64,000 nt of DNA. Source: an uncultured Gemmatimonadales bacterium (GTDB taxonomy: Bacteria > Gemmatimonadota > Gemmatimonadetes > Longimicrobiales > Gaopeijiaceae). The stretch spans positions 640,001 through 704,000 of the forward strand of contig CAWELD010000003.1 of NCBI GenBank assembly GCA_963809895.1, in the 5' to 3' direction. How positions within the stretch are numbered: the first letter of the stretch is position 1; each line of letters starts with the position of its first letter. The notes under the pieces are model-generated. The model saw nothing but the letters and a program-made list of their open reading frames with translations. It had not been told where the DNA came from and did no database searches. The position numbers were made by a program, and so were the translations under genes. This document shows, piece after piece, positions 53,452 to 63,617 of this stretch.

Positions 53452-54681
53452 ATGCCGCGACTCCCCAGGACCGTATGGGCTCTCGGCGTGGTGAGCCTGC
53501 TGACCGATCTGGCCAGCGACATGGCGTATCCGGTCCTGCCGGCCTTTCTGGTCGGGACGTTGGGAGCCACGGCCGTGGCCGTGGGGCTGATCGAGGGTGT
53601 GGCCGAGGCCACGGCCTCGCTCTTCAAGCTCGTCTCGGGCCGGCTGTCGGACCGGGTGGATCGGCGCAAGCCACTCGTGGTGACGGGCTACGGCCTGTCG
53701 GGGCTGGTGAAGCCGCTTCTGGCCCTGGTCACGGGCCCGTGGCAGGTGCTGGCCGTGCGCTTCGCGGATCGCACGGGGAAGGGGATTCGCTCGGCGCCGC
53801 GAGATGCGCTGCTGGCGGCGCACGCCCGTGGCGTGGGCCCCGGACGCGTATTCGGGCTGCACCGCAGCATGGATACCGCAGGGGCCATTGTCGGGCCTCT
53901 GGTGGCCACGGTCGTGCTGGCCCTGGCCCCGGGCCGCTTCCGGCTCCTGTTCGCCCTGACGCTGGTGCCGGGTCTGCTGGCCTTGGCGGTGCTGGTGGCC
54001 TTTGTCCGGGAAAGGCCCTATCGGCCACCGAGGGAGCCCGCCACCACGGCTGCGGTGGAATCGGACCGGCAGGAGCCGCGCCCGGCGGATCGCAGCCGTG
54101 TGCGCGACGTGCTCCGGCGGGAGCTGGTGGTCATCCTGATCATCACCGTGGTGTTCTCGGCCGGGAACTCCAGTGACGCCTTCCTTCTCCTGAGGGCCCA
54201 GGATCTGGGGGCCCCTGCCGGCCGACTCCCGCTGCTGTGGATGGTGCTCAACGTCGTGTATGCCTCCACGGCGTGGTGGGCGGGCCTGTGGAGTGACCGC
54301 ATCGGACGTCGTGCGGTCCTGGCGCTGGGCTTCGCGGTGTACGCGGGCACGTACCTTCTGCTGGCGAGTGGCACGGCGACCTCGGGACTCTGGGGCGTCT
54401 TCGCCCTCTATGGGCTCTACTTCGGCCTCACCGACGGTGTGCTGCGCGCGGCCGTCGCCTCGGCGGCGCCCCGAGCGCTGCGGGGGACGGCCTTCGGGAT
54501 CTACCACGCCCTCACCGGTGTCACGCTGCTCGGCGCCAGCCTGCTCGCCGGCTTCCTGTGGGAGCGAGTCGGGCCGCATGCGCCCTTCGTGGTGGGCGCG
54601 GCGACGGCCGGGGTGAGCGCGGTGCTGTGTCTCGTCCTGCTGCGGCCCCCCCGCTCGGAAGCCGAGGCCGTCGGCGCCTGA
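53452..54681 (+). CDS. MFS transporter
   Basis: SLLTDLASDM, SGRLSDRVDRRKP, DRTGKGIRSAPRDA, WSDRIGRR. Confidence 0.92.
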   Translation: MPRLPRTVWALGVVSLLTDLASDMAYPVLPAFLVGTLGATAVAVGLIEGVAEATASLFKLVSGRLSDRVDRRKPLVVTGYGLSGLVKPLLALVTGPWQVLAVRFADRTGKGIRSAPRDALLAAHARGVGPGRVFGLHRSMDTAGAIVGPLVATVVLALAPGRFRLLFALTLVPGLLALAVLVAFVRERPYRPPREPATTAAVESDRQEPRPADRSRVRDVLRRELVVILIITVVFSAGNSSDAFLLLRAQDLGAPAGRLPLLWMVLNVVYASTAWWAGLWSDRIGRRAVLALGFAVYAGTYLLLASGTATSGLWGVFALYGLYFGLTDGVLRAAVASAAPRALRGTAFGIYHALTGVTLLGASLLAGFLWERVGPHAPFVVGAATAGVSAVLCLVLLRPPRSEAEAVGA

Positions 54682-54748
54682 GCGGGTCCGGATCCGGTAT
54701 ATTGGGAGCGCAGCCTCGCGACCGCTCACCGCGCCCCTGCCATTTGCC

Positions 54749-57700
54749 ATGCCGAACCGCCGTTCCCGCAGGAAGAAGAAGCGTTCGGACAACACTCGCC
54801 CGGCCCCCGACGGCAAAGGGCGTCGTCGGCGGTACCTCCTGTGGGCGTTCGGGGTCGTGGTGCTCGTCGGGGGCGCCCTGCTGGTTCTCGAGCTTCGGAC
54901 CTCCACGCTCCAGGCACGCTTCCTCTCCAGCGTGGGACGCCGGCTGCAGTACGAGGTGGCGGACGGACCCAGCCCGCGAATCCGGTTCCCGAGCTCGGGC
55001 CCCTACGATCAACGCCTCGGCTACACGGCCATTCCCCGGCTGCAGGGCGTCCTGGACCAGGCCGGGTTCCACGTCACGCAGCAGGCCCGCATCTCGGAGG
55101 AGCTGGCTCGATGGGTGGATCGCGGCCTCTTTCCCATCTACGAGGAGAAGCTCCAGGGTGGACTGACGCTCCGCGACCGTTCCGGCGAGCCGTTCCACCG
55201 GACACCGAGTCCCGCACGGGTCTACGTCGCGTTCGATTCGATACCCGAGCTGGTCTGGCGCAGCCTGCTCTTCATCGAGAACCGGGAGTTCCTGGACGAG
55301 CGGCATCCACGGCGGAATCCCGCCGTGGAATGGGACCGCCTGGCCAAGGCGGTGCTGGAGATGGGACTGCGGGCGGTGGGGAGCGAACGCAACGTTCCCG
55401 GTGGCAGCACCCTGGCCACCCAGCTGGAGAAGTTCCGGCACTCCCCGGAGGGCCGCACGGGCTCGGCCAGGGAGAAGCTCCGCCAGATGGCGTCCGCCTC
55501 GCTGCGTGCCTACCGGACCGGACCCGTCACGCTGGACGAGCAGCGCAGGATCGTACGCGACTACCTGAACTCCGTCCCCCTGGCGGCTCAGCGGGGCCAC
55601 GGCGAGGTCATCGGCACGGCCGACGGGCTGTGGGCCTGGTACGGGGAGCCCTTCGAGCGCACCAATCACATCCTTCGCGGCGTGGATCTCACTCCGGCTG
55701 AGGCGGCCGAGCGTCCGCGGGTGTTCAGAGAGGCGGTGAGCCTCCTGGTGGCCCACAGGCGGCCCTCGTACTACCTGGCCCAGGAGCAGGGGCGCGCCGA
55801 GTTGCGCACTCTCACGGACAGCTATCTCCGGCTGATGGCGGGCTCCGGAGTGGTCGACGACTCGCTGGCTCGGGCAGCGCAGGAGGCGAGCGCCACGCCC
55901 TTGGTGCGAGCGCCGGAGCGGCCTCCGGTGCCGTTCGTGGAGCGCAAGGCCGCCGACCAGCTTCGCACGTACCTGTTGAGCCTCCTGGAGGTGGGGAGCC
56001 TCTACGACCTGGACCGCTACGATCTGACCGTGTCCGCGACCCTGGACATGCGGGTGCAGCGGGCCGTGGCGGCGCTCTTCGACTCCCTCACCGACGCCTC
56101 CTGGGTCCGGCGCAGCACCTTCGCCGGTGACCGGCTCCTGTCCAGGGGCGATCCGGCCCAGGTCATCTACACCTTCACGCTGCTGGAGACCACGCCGCTG
56201 GGAAACGCGGTCCGGGTGCAGACGGACAACTACAACGGACCCCTCAGCCTGAGCCAGGCCGGTCGTCTCGAGTTGGGCTCTACGGCCAAGCTGCGCACGT
56301 TGGTCACCTACCTGGAGGTGATGGCCGGTCTGCATGCACGTTTCTCGGTGCTCCCGACGGACTCGCTGGCCCGGGTCGTCGTCCCGCCCCAGGACCGTCT
56401 GGCGCGCTGGATGCTGGAGTACCTGCGAGCGAATCCCACCGTCGATCTGCGCACGACGCTGGCGGCGGCCATGCAGCGCACCTACTCGGCCAGCCCCGCC
56501 GAGCGCTTCGCCACCGGCGGGGGCGTGCAGACCTTTTCCAATTTCGATGCGGCCTACGACGGCAGGACCATGACGGTCCTGGACGCGTTCCGGAACTCGG
56601 TGAACCTGCCGTCGGTCCGGGTGATGCGGGACATCGTTCAGCACTACATGTACGGTGACGGGTCCACCGCCCGCATGCTCGAAGACGTGAACGACCCCGC
56701 TCGGCAGGAATACCTGGCGCGCTTCGCCGACCGCGAAGGGCAGACGTTCTTGCGACAGTTCTACGCCAAGTATCGGGGACACACGCTGGCCGAGATCATG
56801 GAGCTGCTGGTGCGGGACCGTGCCCTCGGGCCGCTCCGGACCGCCTACGCCTTCCGGGCCGTGGCGCCCGATGCGGACCTGCCGGCCTTCGCGTCGTTCC
56901 TGGAGACCCACACGCCCTACGCCACGCTCACGCCGGCGGCGGTGGAGGCTCTCTATCGCCAGAGCGATCCCTCCTCCTGGACGCTGAACGACCTCGGCTA
57001 CCTGGCCCGCGTGCACCCCCTGGAGCTCTGGCTCGTGCGCGAGCTGCTCGAGACTCCTGAGCTCACGGCGAGCCAGGTCGTGGAGCGGAGCGCCGACGTT
57101 CGCCAGGAGGTGTACGCCTGGCTCTTCCGAACCCGGCGCAGAAACGCCCAGGACCAGCGCATCCGCACCATCCTGGAGTTGGAGGCCTTCCAGGAGATCC
57201 ACCGCGGCTGGAAGCGGCTGGGGTACCCGTTCGACAACATCGTGCCCTCGTTCGGCACCGCGATCGGGAGCTCGGGTGATCGACCGCTGGCCCTGGCAGA
57301 GCTCGTCGGGATCATCCTGAACGGGGGAGTGCGCTACCCCGTGGTGCGGGCGGCCAGCCTGGACTTCGCCCACGGCACGCCGTTCGAGACCCGCTTCCGG
57401 CGGGATCAGGCCGCGGGCGAGCGGGTGCTGGATCCGGTGGTGGCCCAGGTGGCGAAGGAGGCGCTGTCCGAGGTCGTGGAAAACGGGACGGCGCGCCGCG
57501 TGAAAGGGGCGGTGCCCGGCCCGGACGGACGGCCCCTCGCCATGGGCGGCAAGACCGGGACCGGAGACAACCGTTATCGGGTCTTCGGTCCCGGTGGGCG
57601 CCTGGTGGAATCGCGCGCGGTGAATCGCACGGCCACCTTCGCCTTCTTCATGGGAGATCGCTGGTTCGGCGTCGTGACGGCGTATGTGCCCGGGGGTGCT

Positions 57701-57784
57701 TCGGCCGACTACCGCTTCACCAGCGCGCTACCCACGGAGATCCTCCGGGTGCTGGGCCCCGTTCTCGCGCCCCAGGGGCCGTGA
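54749..57784 (+). CDS. Large class A PBP-like transglycosylase/transpeptidase
   Basis: LLFIEN, GGSTLATQLEK, STAK (SxxK), SVN (SxN), KTG. Confidence 0.87.
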   Translation: MPNRRSRRKKKRSDNTRPAPDGKGRRRRYLLWAFGVVVLVGGALLVLELRTSTLQARFLSSVGRRLQYEVADGPSPRIRFPSSGPYDQRLGYTAIPRLQGVLDQAGFHVTQQARISEELARWVDRGLFPIYEEKLQGGLTLRDRSGEPFHRTPSPARVYVAFDSIPELVWRSLLFIENREFLDERHPRRNPAVEWDRLAKAVLEMGLRAVGSERNVPGGSTLATQLEKFRHSPEGRTGSAREKLRQMASASLRAYRTGPVTLDEQRRIVRDYLNSVPLAAQRGHGEVIGTADGLWAWYGEPFERTNHILRGVDLTPAEAAERPRVFREAVSLLVAHRRPSYYLAQEQGRAELRTLTDSYLRLMAGSGVVDDSLARAAQEASATPLVRAPERPPVPFVERKAADQLRTYLLSLLEVGSLYDLDRYDLTVSATLDMRVQRAVAALFDSLTDASWVRRSTFAGDRLLSRGDPAQVIYTFTLLETTPLGNAVRVQTDNYNGPLSLSQAGRLELGSTAKLRTLVTYLEVMAGLHARFSVLPTDSLARVVVPPQDRLARWMLEYLRANPTVDLRTTLAAAMQRTYSASPAERFATGGGVQTFSNFDAAYDGRTMTVLDAFRNSVNLPSVRVMRDIVQHYMYGDGSTARMLEDVNDPARQEYLARFADREGQTFLRQFYAKYRGHTLAEIMELLVRDRALGPLRTAYAFRAVAPDADLPAFASFLETHTPYATLTPAAVEALYRQSDPSSWTLNDLGYLARVHPLELWLVRELLETPELTASQVVERSADVRQEVYAWLFRTRRRNAQDQRIRTILELEAFQEIHRGWKRLGYPFDNIVPSFGTAIGSSGDRPLALAELVGIILNGGVRYPVVRAASLDFAHGTPFETRFRRDQAAGERVLDPVVAQVAKEALSEVVENGTARRVKGAVPGPDGRPLAMGGKTGTGDNRYRVFGPGGRLVESRAVNRTATFAFFMGDRWFGVVTAYVPGGASADYRFTSALPTEILRVLGPVLAPQGP

Positions 57785-57817
57785 CGTCGGCCTGTACCCA
57801 CCCGGAGGATCGCACCG

Positions 57818-58270
57818 CTACTTCTTGACGATGTCGATCTTGCGGCCCATGGCCTCCTTCTTCTTCGGAAGGTGGACCGTCAGGACGCCGTCGGCGAACT
57901 CCGCCTTGATCTTCTCCACGTCCACGGCCCTCGGCAGGGCAAAGCTGCGCTCGAAGGAGCCGTTGCTCCTCTCGAGGAGGTGCCAACGGCCCTCCTGCTC
58001 CTCGCGCTCGGTCTTCTTCTCACCCTTGAGCACGAGCATGTCCTTGTCGACGTCGATCTGCACGTCGTTGGCCGTCATGCCGGGCAGCTCCGAGGTGAGG
58101 AGGTACTCCCCCTCGACTTCCTTGAGGTCGGTGGCCGGGAGCCAGGCCACGGTCTCGGCTGCGTTGAAGGTGGGGAGCGAGAGCCCGAAGACCCGGTTCA
58201 CCCGGTCCTGAAGGCTCTCGAGCTCCTGCCACGGGTTCCGGGTGCGGGTCCACGGTGTCAGCGCGTTCAT
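57818..58270 (-). CDS. Hsp20/alpha-crystallin small heat shock protein
   Basis: ELPG, ERSNGSFERSFALP, AEFADGVLTVHLPK. Confidence 0.95.
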   Translation of the reverse strand: MNALTPWTRTRNPWQELESLQDRVNRVFGLSLPTFNAAETVAWLPATDLKEVEGEYLLTSELPGMTANDVQIDVDKDMLVLKGEKKTEREEQEGRWHLLERSNGSFERSFALPRAVDVEKIKAEFADGVLTVHLPKKKEAMGRKIDIVKK

Positions 58271-58341
58271 GATTCACTCCTGGTTCGGTCGGGTGCCGTC
58301 CGTCCTCGTGGACGGAGGCCGCATCAGCACCTGCAGGGAGC

Positions 58342-58356
58342 GCATCGAGCGTGCCA
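58342..58356 (-). promoter_or_regulatory. Sigma54 -24/-12 promoter upstream of hsp20
   Basis: Minus strand TGGCACGCTCGATGC, GG-N10-GC, about 70 nt before the ATG. Confidence 0.6.
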
Positions 58357-58493
58357 CGCGGCGGGGCCGGTGCGTAGCGCCGGCGTCGGGGCTCCTGTGG
58401 CGGAAGGGCTCGCCCTGGGACATCCTGGCACCGGGCTGCGCCGGGCTCTTTCGTACGCCTCGAACCGAGGACCGGGGCGCCGGATGCGTCGGG

Positions 58494-59915
58494 TCAGAGC
58501 AGAGGGGCCACGAGCCGCGTGAGGCGTTCCAGTAGTCGCTCCAGCCACGGGCGAGAGCCGTGGAGGGCCAGGGATTGCTCCACGGCACGGGTGAGATCGG
58601 CGTGGAAGAGTGAGTCCATGGTGGCACCCACCCCGGGGTCGTCCACCAGCAGCGCCGACTCGTCGTTGAGACGCAGGGAACGGTTGTCCAGGTTGAGGCT
58701 CCCGATGCTCACCCACCGCCCGTCGGCGACCACGGTCTTGGCGTGTATCATGGTGGGCTGGTATTCGAAGATGCGCACGCCGCCCGCCAGCAGCTCGTCG
58801 TAATAGGCCCGCCCGGCCCAGCGGGTGCTGGGCACGTCCGTACGGGCGCCGGGCACGAGAATGCGCACGTCCACGCCGCGATCGGCGGCCTCCAGGAGGA
58901 GGCGGCGCATGGTGGGCGTCGGCACGAAGTAGGAGTTCGTCAGGTACAGCGTGCGCCGTGCCGACGCCAGCGTGAGCGTGAGATAGCGGTCCGCGGGTCG
59001 GGTGCCGACGCCGGGACCCGACACCAGATACCCAGCGCGGACGGCGCCGTCGGCGGGCGGTGGGTCCTTCGGTACCCCCTCGAGCGTGGGCGCCGCGCCA
59101 AAGAGCAGCGTGTCGGCCCGGAGCTCTCCCGTCGCCTCGGCCCAGGCGGCCGTGAAGACTCCTTGCACGACGGCCACCACCGGCCCCTGCACGCGTGCGC
59201 TGGTGTCGCGCCAGGGCAGCTCCCCCGGCGCGTCGCCCAACCAGCGATCGTCGAAGCCGAATCCTCCCGTATACGCGACCGTCCCGTCCACGACCACGCT
59301 GCGGGCGTGATGCCGATGCTGGACGCGGTGGAGGGTGGACCAGCGCACGGGCCGCAGGGTCGCCACCCTGGCTCCCGCTCGCGTCAGGTCATCGGAGATG
59401 GCGTCCAGCATGGTCCGGCACCCGAATCCGTCACCCAGCAGCATCACTTCGATGCCGGCTCGGGCCCGTGCGGAGAGGACCGCACTCAGTGAGTCCGCCA
59501 GAGCGCCGGGGCCGCAGTAGTAGGCCAGGACCGTGATGGAGCGCCGCGCCGCACGCAGATCCTCGAGCATGCTCCGGAAGGTGTGGGCGTCGGTCAGGAC
59601 CTCGACGTGGTTCCCTTCCACGAGCGGAGTCTCCGCGACGCCCCCGGCGAGGGCCGCGAACCCCGAATCGCCGGGTGCCGGGAGCCCTGGGGTAACGACG
59701 CTTCGCACAGGCGATCCCCGGGTGATGTCGGAGACCCGATGCACCGCCTCGCCGGCCGCCACCACCGCGACCAGCGCGAGAAACGCCAGCGCCAGACGAC
59801 GTCGGACCGGGATCGGCGGCGGCACCGACGGGGTATCGCAGTCGACGGTCGCGTCTGCGGGCGCGGCCGAAGGGTCCGTGCCCGGACCTGTCGGATGGGA
59901 GTCCAGAGAAGACAT
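58494..59915 (-). CDS. Cardiolipin synthase-like phospholipase D protein
   Basis: HARSVVVDG (variant) and HAKTVVADG HKD motifs; WRDT, SYFVP, GSLNLDNRS. Confidence 0.88.
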   Translation of the reverse strand: MSSLDSHPTGPGTDPSAAPADATVDCDTPSVPPPIPVRRRLALAFLALVAVVAAGEAVHRVSDITRGSPVRSVVTPGLPAPGDSGFAALAGGVAETPLVEGNHVEVLTDAHTFRSMLEDLRAARRSITVLAYYCGPGALADSLSAVLSARARAGIEVMLLGDGFGCRTMLDAISDDLTRAGARVATLRPVRWSTLHRVQHRHHARSVVVDGTVAYTGGFGFDDRWLGDAPGELPWRDTSARVQGPVVAVVQGVFTAAWAEATGELRADTLLFGAAPTLEGVPKDPPPADGAVRAGYLVSGPGVGTRPADRYLTLTLASARRTLYLTNSYFVPTPTMRRLLLEAADRGVDVRILVPGARTDVPSTRWAGRAYYDELLAGGVRIFEYQPTMIHAKTVVADGRWVSIGSLNLDNRSLRLNDESALLVDDPGVGATMDSLFHADLTRAVEQSLALHGSRPWLERLLERLTRLVAPLL

Positions 59916-61008
59916 GGTCAGGATTCAATCACGTGTGCGTCCCCTCGTTCTCGGCACCGTGTTGGCGGCCTTGAGCGTCGTCAGCGGTTGCGCGTCGACG
60001 GGACTGCGCGCGCGCCCGCAGCGAATGGAGGTCCCGCCTCGCGCCGGCACCGGTGGCCTCACCTGGGTCAGCGCCGCCCCCGAAGGAGACAGCGCCGACC
60101 TCACTTCGTGGCGTGGGGCCGTAGGTCCGGCCGTCCGGCTCTCGCCCGGGGGGCTGACGGTTGCACCGCCCGCGGACCAGCTCGCTGTGGTGAGCTGGAA
60201 CGTCCACGTGGGCGGAGGGGACCTGATCCGCCTGGTCACCGACCTGCGCAGCGGTGAGCTCACCGGTGGTACTCCGGTCCACGACTTCGTGCTCCTTCTC
60301 CAGGAGGCCTACCGGGCAGGAGAACAGCCCCTCGGCCCGCTCTCGGGGTCGCAGGCCCCGCGGCGCATCGACGCGGCGCCGCCCCGGGGTCCCCGGCTGG
60401 ACGTCGTGGAGGTCGCCCGGACGCTGGGTCTCGAGCTTCTCTACGTACCGTCCATGGGCAACGGTGACGGGTCGTCGGGCGCCGAGGACCGGGGCAACGC
60501 CATCCTGTCGACGCGGCGGCTCTCGAACGTCACCGCCATCGTGCTTCCGTTCGAAGGCCAGCGGCGCGTGGCCGTTTCGGGCCACGTCGCCGGGCGTACG
60601 TCGTCGGGCTCGCCGTGGCGACTCCGGGTGGTGAGCGCCCATCTGGACAGCCGCACGCGCTGGAGTCGCATCCTGGACAGCTTCGGGTCGGCCCGGGCTC
60701 GTCAGGCCCGTGCACTTCTGGATGCGCTCCCGACCGATCCAACGGTTCTGGGCGCGGACCTCAATACGTGGGGCCCTCGCTTCACGGAGAACGCCCCCGA
60801 GGTGCTCGGTCGGCGATTCCAGGGAGTCCAGCGAGGTCCCGGCGGCACCTTCACGCTGGCCGGCGTCGTGCAGAGGCGTTTGGACTACCTGGTCTTCGAC
60901 CGGGCGGTGACCGCCTCCACTGGAATGGACGGCGCGGCGGTGGTCCGCGTGGAAGACCGTTACGGCTCCGACCACCATCCCCTGGTGACGATCCTCGACC
61001 TGGGCTGA
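59914..61008 (+). CDS. Endonuclease/exonuclease/phosphatase-family lipoprotein; start uncertain
   Basis: Lipobox VVSGC; SWNV, LQE, GNAILS, HLD, GADLN, LDY, SDHHP. Confidence 0.85.
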   Translation: MVRIQSRVRPLVLGTVLAALSVVSGCASTGLRARPQRMEVPPRAGTGGLTWVSAAPEGDSADLTSWRGAVGPAVRLSPGGLTVAPPADQLAVVSWNVHVGGGDLIRLVTDLRSGELTGGTPVHDFVLLLQEAYRAGEQPLGPLSGSQAPRRIDAAPPRGPRLDVVEVARTLGLELLYVPSMGNGDGSSGAEDRGNAILSTRRLSNVTAIVLPFEGQRRVAVSGHVAGRTSSGSPWRLRVVSAHLDSRTRWSRILDSFGSARARQARALLDALPTDPTVLGADLNTWGPRFTENAPEVLGRRFQGVQRGPGGTFTLAGVVQRRLDYLVFDRAVTASTGMDGAAVVRVEDRYGSDHHPLVTILDLG

Positions 61009-61017
61009 CCGGCCCGA

Positions 61018-61317
61018 TCAGTCCTCCGCCAGCTCCACTTCGATGGAGCAGTTGGTCACGAGGGCGGCGATGGCTCCCAGGGCTGCCCACACGGGCGCCA
61101 CGACGGCGCCGACCACGCCCACCGTGAGGGGCGCCTCGATGAGGGTGTTGCCGTCGTCGTTCTTCACGATGATCCGGCGCACGTTCCCCTGGTGGACCAG
61201 CTCCTTCACCTTGGCCAGCAGCGTGTCACCACGGACCCGATGCTCCTCGCGGGTCAACGTGGCGTGCTCTCCGGCTGATCTTCCGATCTCCGGGTCCGGG
61301 GTCGCATAGGTCTCCAT
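61018..61317 (-). CDS. DUF4342 domain protein
   Basis: KVKELVHQGNVRRIIVK..IEAPLTVG..AALVTNCSIEVE. Confidence 0.85.
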   Translation of the reverse strand: METYATPDPEIGRSAGEHATLTREEHRVRGDTLLAKVKELVHQGNVRRIIVKNDDGNTLIEAPLTVGVVGAVVAPVWAALGAIAALVTNCSIEVELAED

Positions 61318-62003
61318 GGTTCCTTCCTCGAGGGTGACGTGGAGAGGGTCGTGGACAGATAGCGCGAAAACCAGGCGGCGGCATGGTTCGCCACGGCGTC
61401 CAGGGCGCCCGGTTCCTCGAACAGGTGTGTGGCGCCCGGGACCACCACGACTTCGGTGGGCGCCTTCATCAGCGCCCTGGCCTGTCTGTTGAGCTCGAGC
61501 ACGGTGAGGTCGTGTCCGCCCACGATCAGGAGGGTGGGTGCGAGGACCGCCGGCAGCGCCGCGGCCGCCAGATCGGGGCGCCCGCCCCGGGACACGACGG
61601 CGTCCACGAGGTGGGGGCACCGGGCCGCGGCCACCAGCGCCGCCGCGGCGCCCGTGCTGGCGCCGAAGAGGCCGATCGGCAGCGCCTCGGTCACGTGCCG
61701 CCCCGCCGCCCACTCCAGGAGGTGCACGACACGGTCCGAGAGCAGGGCGATATCGAACCGGATGTGAGCGCTGGTCTCGTCCACGGCCTCCTCGGCCGGC
61801 GTGAGCAGGTCCGCCAGCAGGGTCCCCAGGCCGTAGGCCCGCAACTCCGCTGCCACGTGACGATTCCTGGTGCTGAAACGGCTGCTGCCGCTCCCGTGGG
61901 CGAAGACCACCAGTCCCCGAGGGTCTCGGGGAATGATGAGGTCGCCTCGCAGGAAGACGTCGCCGGCCGGGATGTGGGCTTCCATCTCCTCGTACGGGTA
62001 CAT
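61254..62003 (-). CDS. Dienelactone-hydrolase-like alpha/beta hydrolase
   Basis: FAHGSGSSR, FGASTGAAAAL, VSRGGRPDL, PGATHLFEE. Confidence 0.88.
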   Translation of the reverse strand: MYPYEEMEAHIPAGDVFLRGDLIIPRDPRGLVVFAHGSGSSRFSTRNRHVAAELRAYGLGTLLADLLTPAEEAVDETSAHIRFDIALLSDRVVHLLEWAAGRHVTEALPIGLFGASTGAAAALVAAARCPHLVDAVVSRGGRPDLAAAALPAVLAPTLLIVGGHDLTVLELNRQARALMKAPTEVVVVPGATHLFEEPGALDAVANHAAAWFSRYLSTTLSTSPSRKEPWRPMRPRTRRSEDQPESTPR

Positions 62004-62018
62004 GACATCCTCCTCGGG

Positions 62019-62483
62019 TCAGCGGGTGCTCTCCACCGTGGCGCGTCGGTAGGTCCCCTGCAGGCGCGCCTCACCCAGCACGTGCTCTCCCAGGGCCTTC
62101 TTCAGGTGGGCCGGGCTCGAGCCGGGCCGAAGCCCCAGACGGCGATCGAGGGCGAAGAGCTGGAACCGGTAGCGGTGCGTGCCCGGCGGTGGGCAGGGTC
62201 CCTGGTAGCGCGCGTTGCCCCAGGAGTTCGCTCCGTGGATTCCCGGTAGGCCGCCCGGTGCGGAAGCCGAGGGAAGGGAGCGCGTGTCGGGAGGGATGTC
62301 CCACAGCACCCAGTGGGTCCACAGACCGGCCGGCGCATCGGGGTCGTCCAACACGAGCGCGAAGCTCTTCGTGCCCTCCGGCACCTCGGTCCACTCCAGC
62401 GGAGGTGAGCGGTCTTCGCCGTCGCACGTGAACTCGGGCGGAATCGGACCGGCGTTCGGGAAGGCGGGGCTGGAGAGCTTCAT
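62019..62483 (-). CDS. YbhB/YbcL (PEBP) family protein
   Basis: SPPLEW, DDPDAP, HWVLWDI, GPCPPPGTHRY. Confidence 0.92.
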   Translation of the reverse strand: MKLSSPAFPNAGPIPPEFTCDGEDRSPPLEWTEVPEGTKSFALVLDDPDAPAGLWTHWVLWDIPPDTRSLPSASAPGGLPGIHGANSWGNARYQGPCPPPGTHRYRFQLFALDRRLGLRPGSSPAHLKKALGEHVLGEARLQGTYRRATVESTR

Positions 62484-63157
62484 GGCGTTGGCTCCGGGAG
62501 CTTGGGTTGGCGGTGGGTCCCGGCGCTCCGCAGCAGCCGGCGGACCTCTTCGTCGTCGAGTTGGGGGAATCGTTGGTACCACAGGCTGACCGCAGTCAGG
62601 GAATCCGCTTCGTGCACGCACACGACTTCGTCTGCCACGTCGCGCAGCGCGTCGGCAACCGCGGGAGCCGCCACCGGTGCGGCGACCACGACCCGGCGGG
62701 CTCCCCTCTGCCGCAATGACCGAATGGCGGCTCGCATGGTGGCGCCGGTCGCGATGCCGTCGTCCACCAGGAGCACGGTGCTGCCCTCCACGGATAACGG
62801 GGGACGCCCTTCCCGGTAGGCCTCTTCGCGTCGGCGGAGGTCCACCTCTTCGGAGTCCGCCAGCTGGTCCACGTCGGACGGCGTAAGCCCCAGATGCTGC
62901 ACCACGTCGGGGTTGAAGACCCGAACCCCACCCCGTGCCACCGCGCCCACGGCCAGCTCGGGCTGGCCCGGGGCGCCCAGCTTTCGCGCCAGGAGAATGT
63001 CCAGGGGTGCGCGCAACGCGTGGGCCACCTCCGCACCGATGGGCACACCACCTCGCGGAAGCGCGATCACCACCACGTCGTCACGACCCCGGAATGCGCC
63101 GAGCAGATCCGCCAGCTGGCGTCCGGCGTCGACACGATCCTCGAATTGCCGGAACAT
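62480..63157 (-). CDS. Phosphoribosyltransferase
   Basis: FEDRVDAGRQLA, LPRGGVP, LVDDGIATGAT. Confidence 0.9.
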   Translation of the reverse strand: MFRQFEDRVDAGRQLADLLGAFRGRDDVVVIALPRGGVPIGAEVAHALRAPLDILLARKLGAPGQPELAVGAVARGGVRVFNPDVVQHLGLTPSDVDQLADSEEVDLRRREEAYREGRPPLSVEGSTVLLVDDGIATGATMRAAIRSLRQRGARRVVVAAPVAAPAVADALRDVADEVVCVHEADSLTAVSLWYQRFPQLDDEEVRRLLRSAGTHRQPKLPEPTP

Positions 63158-63160
63158 GAC

Positions 63161-63583
63161 TCAGACGTGGACCTGCGTCTTCAGCAGCCGGCCGATCTCG
63201 GCCGTCTCGCCCACGAGCGCCTGCAACACGTCGTCCAACGAGAGAAGGCCCACGACCCTGAAGTCCAGATCCCTCACCACGAGCCTCCGGATCTCTCCGT
63301 CGGCCATGATGGCGAGCGCCTCCTGCACGTCGGCGTCGGCAGCGATGGACTTGACCGGCTCCGTCATGACCTCGGCCACCGATACGTCGGAGGGACTGAA
63401 CTCCCGCGCGACGCAACGGGTCACGATGTCGCGATCTGTGAGAATTCCCTCGGGCCGGCGCGCCTCGTCCACCACGACCAGCGTTCCCACGTGGTGGGCC
63501 GCCATCTCGAGCGCCGCCTCCAGCAGGCTCTGCATGCGCGTGATGGTCTGCACGTCGCGGGTGCAGATGTCGAGAACCGTCAT
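63161..63583 (-). CDS. CBS-domain protein
   Basis: GILTDRDIV, IRRLVV, GLLSLDD. Confidence 0.9.
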   Translation of the reverse strand: MTVLDICTRDVQTITRMQSLLEAALEMAAHHVGTLVVVDEARRPEGILTDRDIVTRCVAREFSPSDVSVAEVMTEPVKSIAADADVQEALAIMADGEIRRLVVRDLDFRVVGLLSLDDVLQALVGETAEIGRLLKTQVHV

Positions 63584-63617
63584 GGCTACCTCCAGCCCCT
63601 GCGGGGCTCTGCTCGGG

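Noticed and set aside
32499..57373. Long antisense or alternate-frame ORFs (e.g. 32499-34472, 47431-49335, 52924-54906, 54521-57373)
   Set aside because: Shadow ORFs typical of high-GC DNA opposite well-supported genes
58426..58441. TGGCACCGGGCTGCGC as a third sigma54 promoter
   Set aside because: GG-to-GC spacing is 9 or 11 rather than 10, and there is no plus-strand gene downstream
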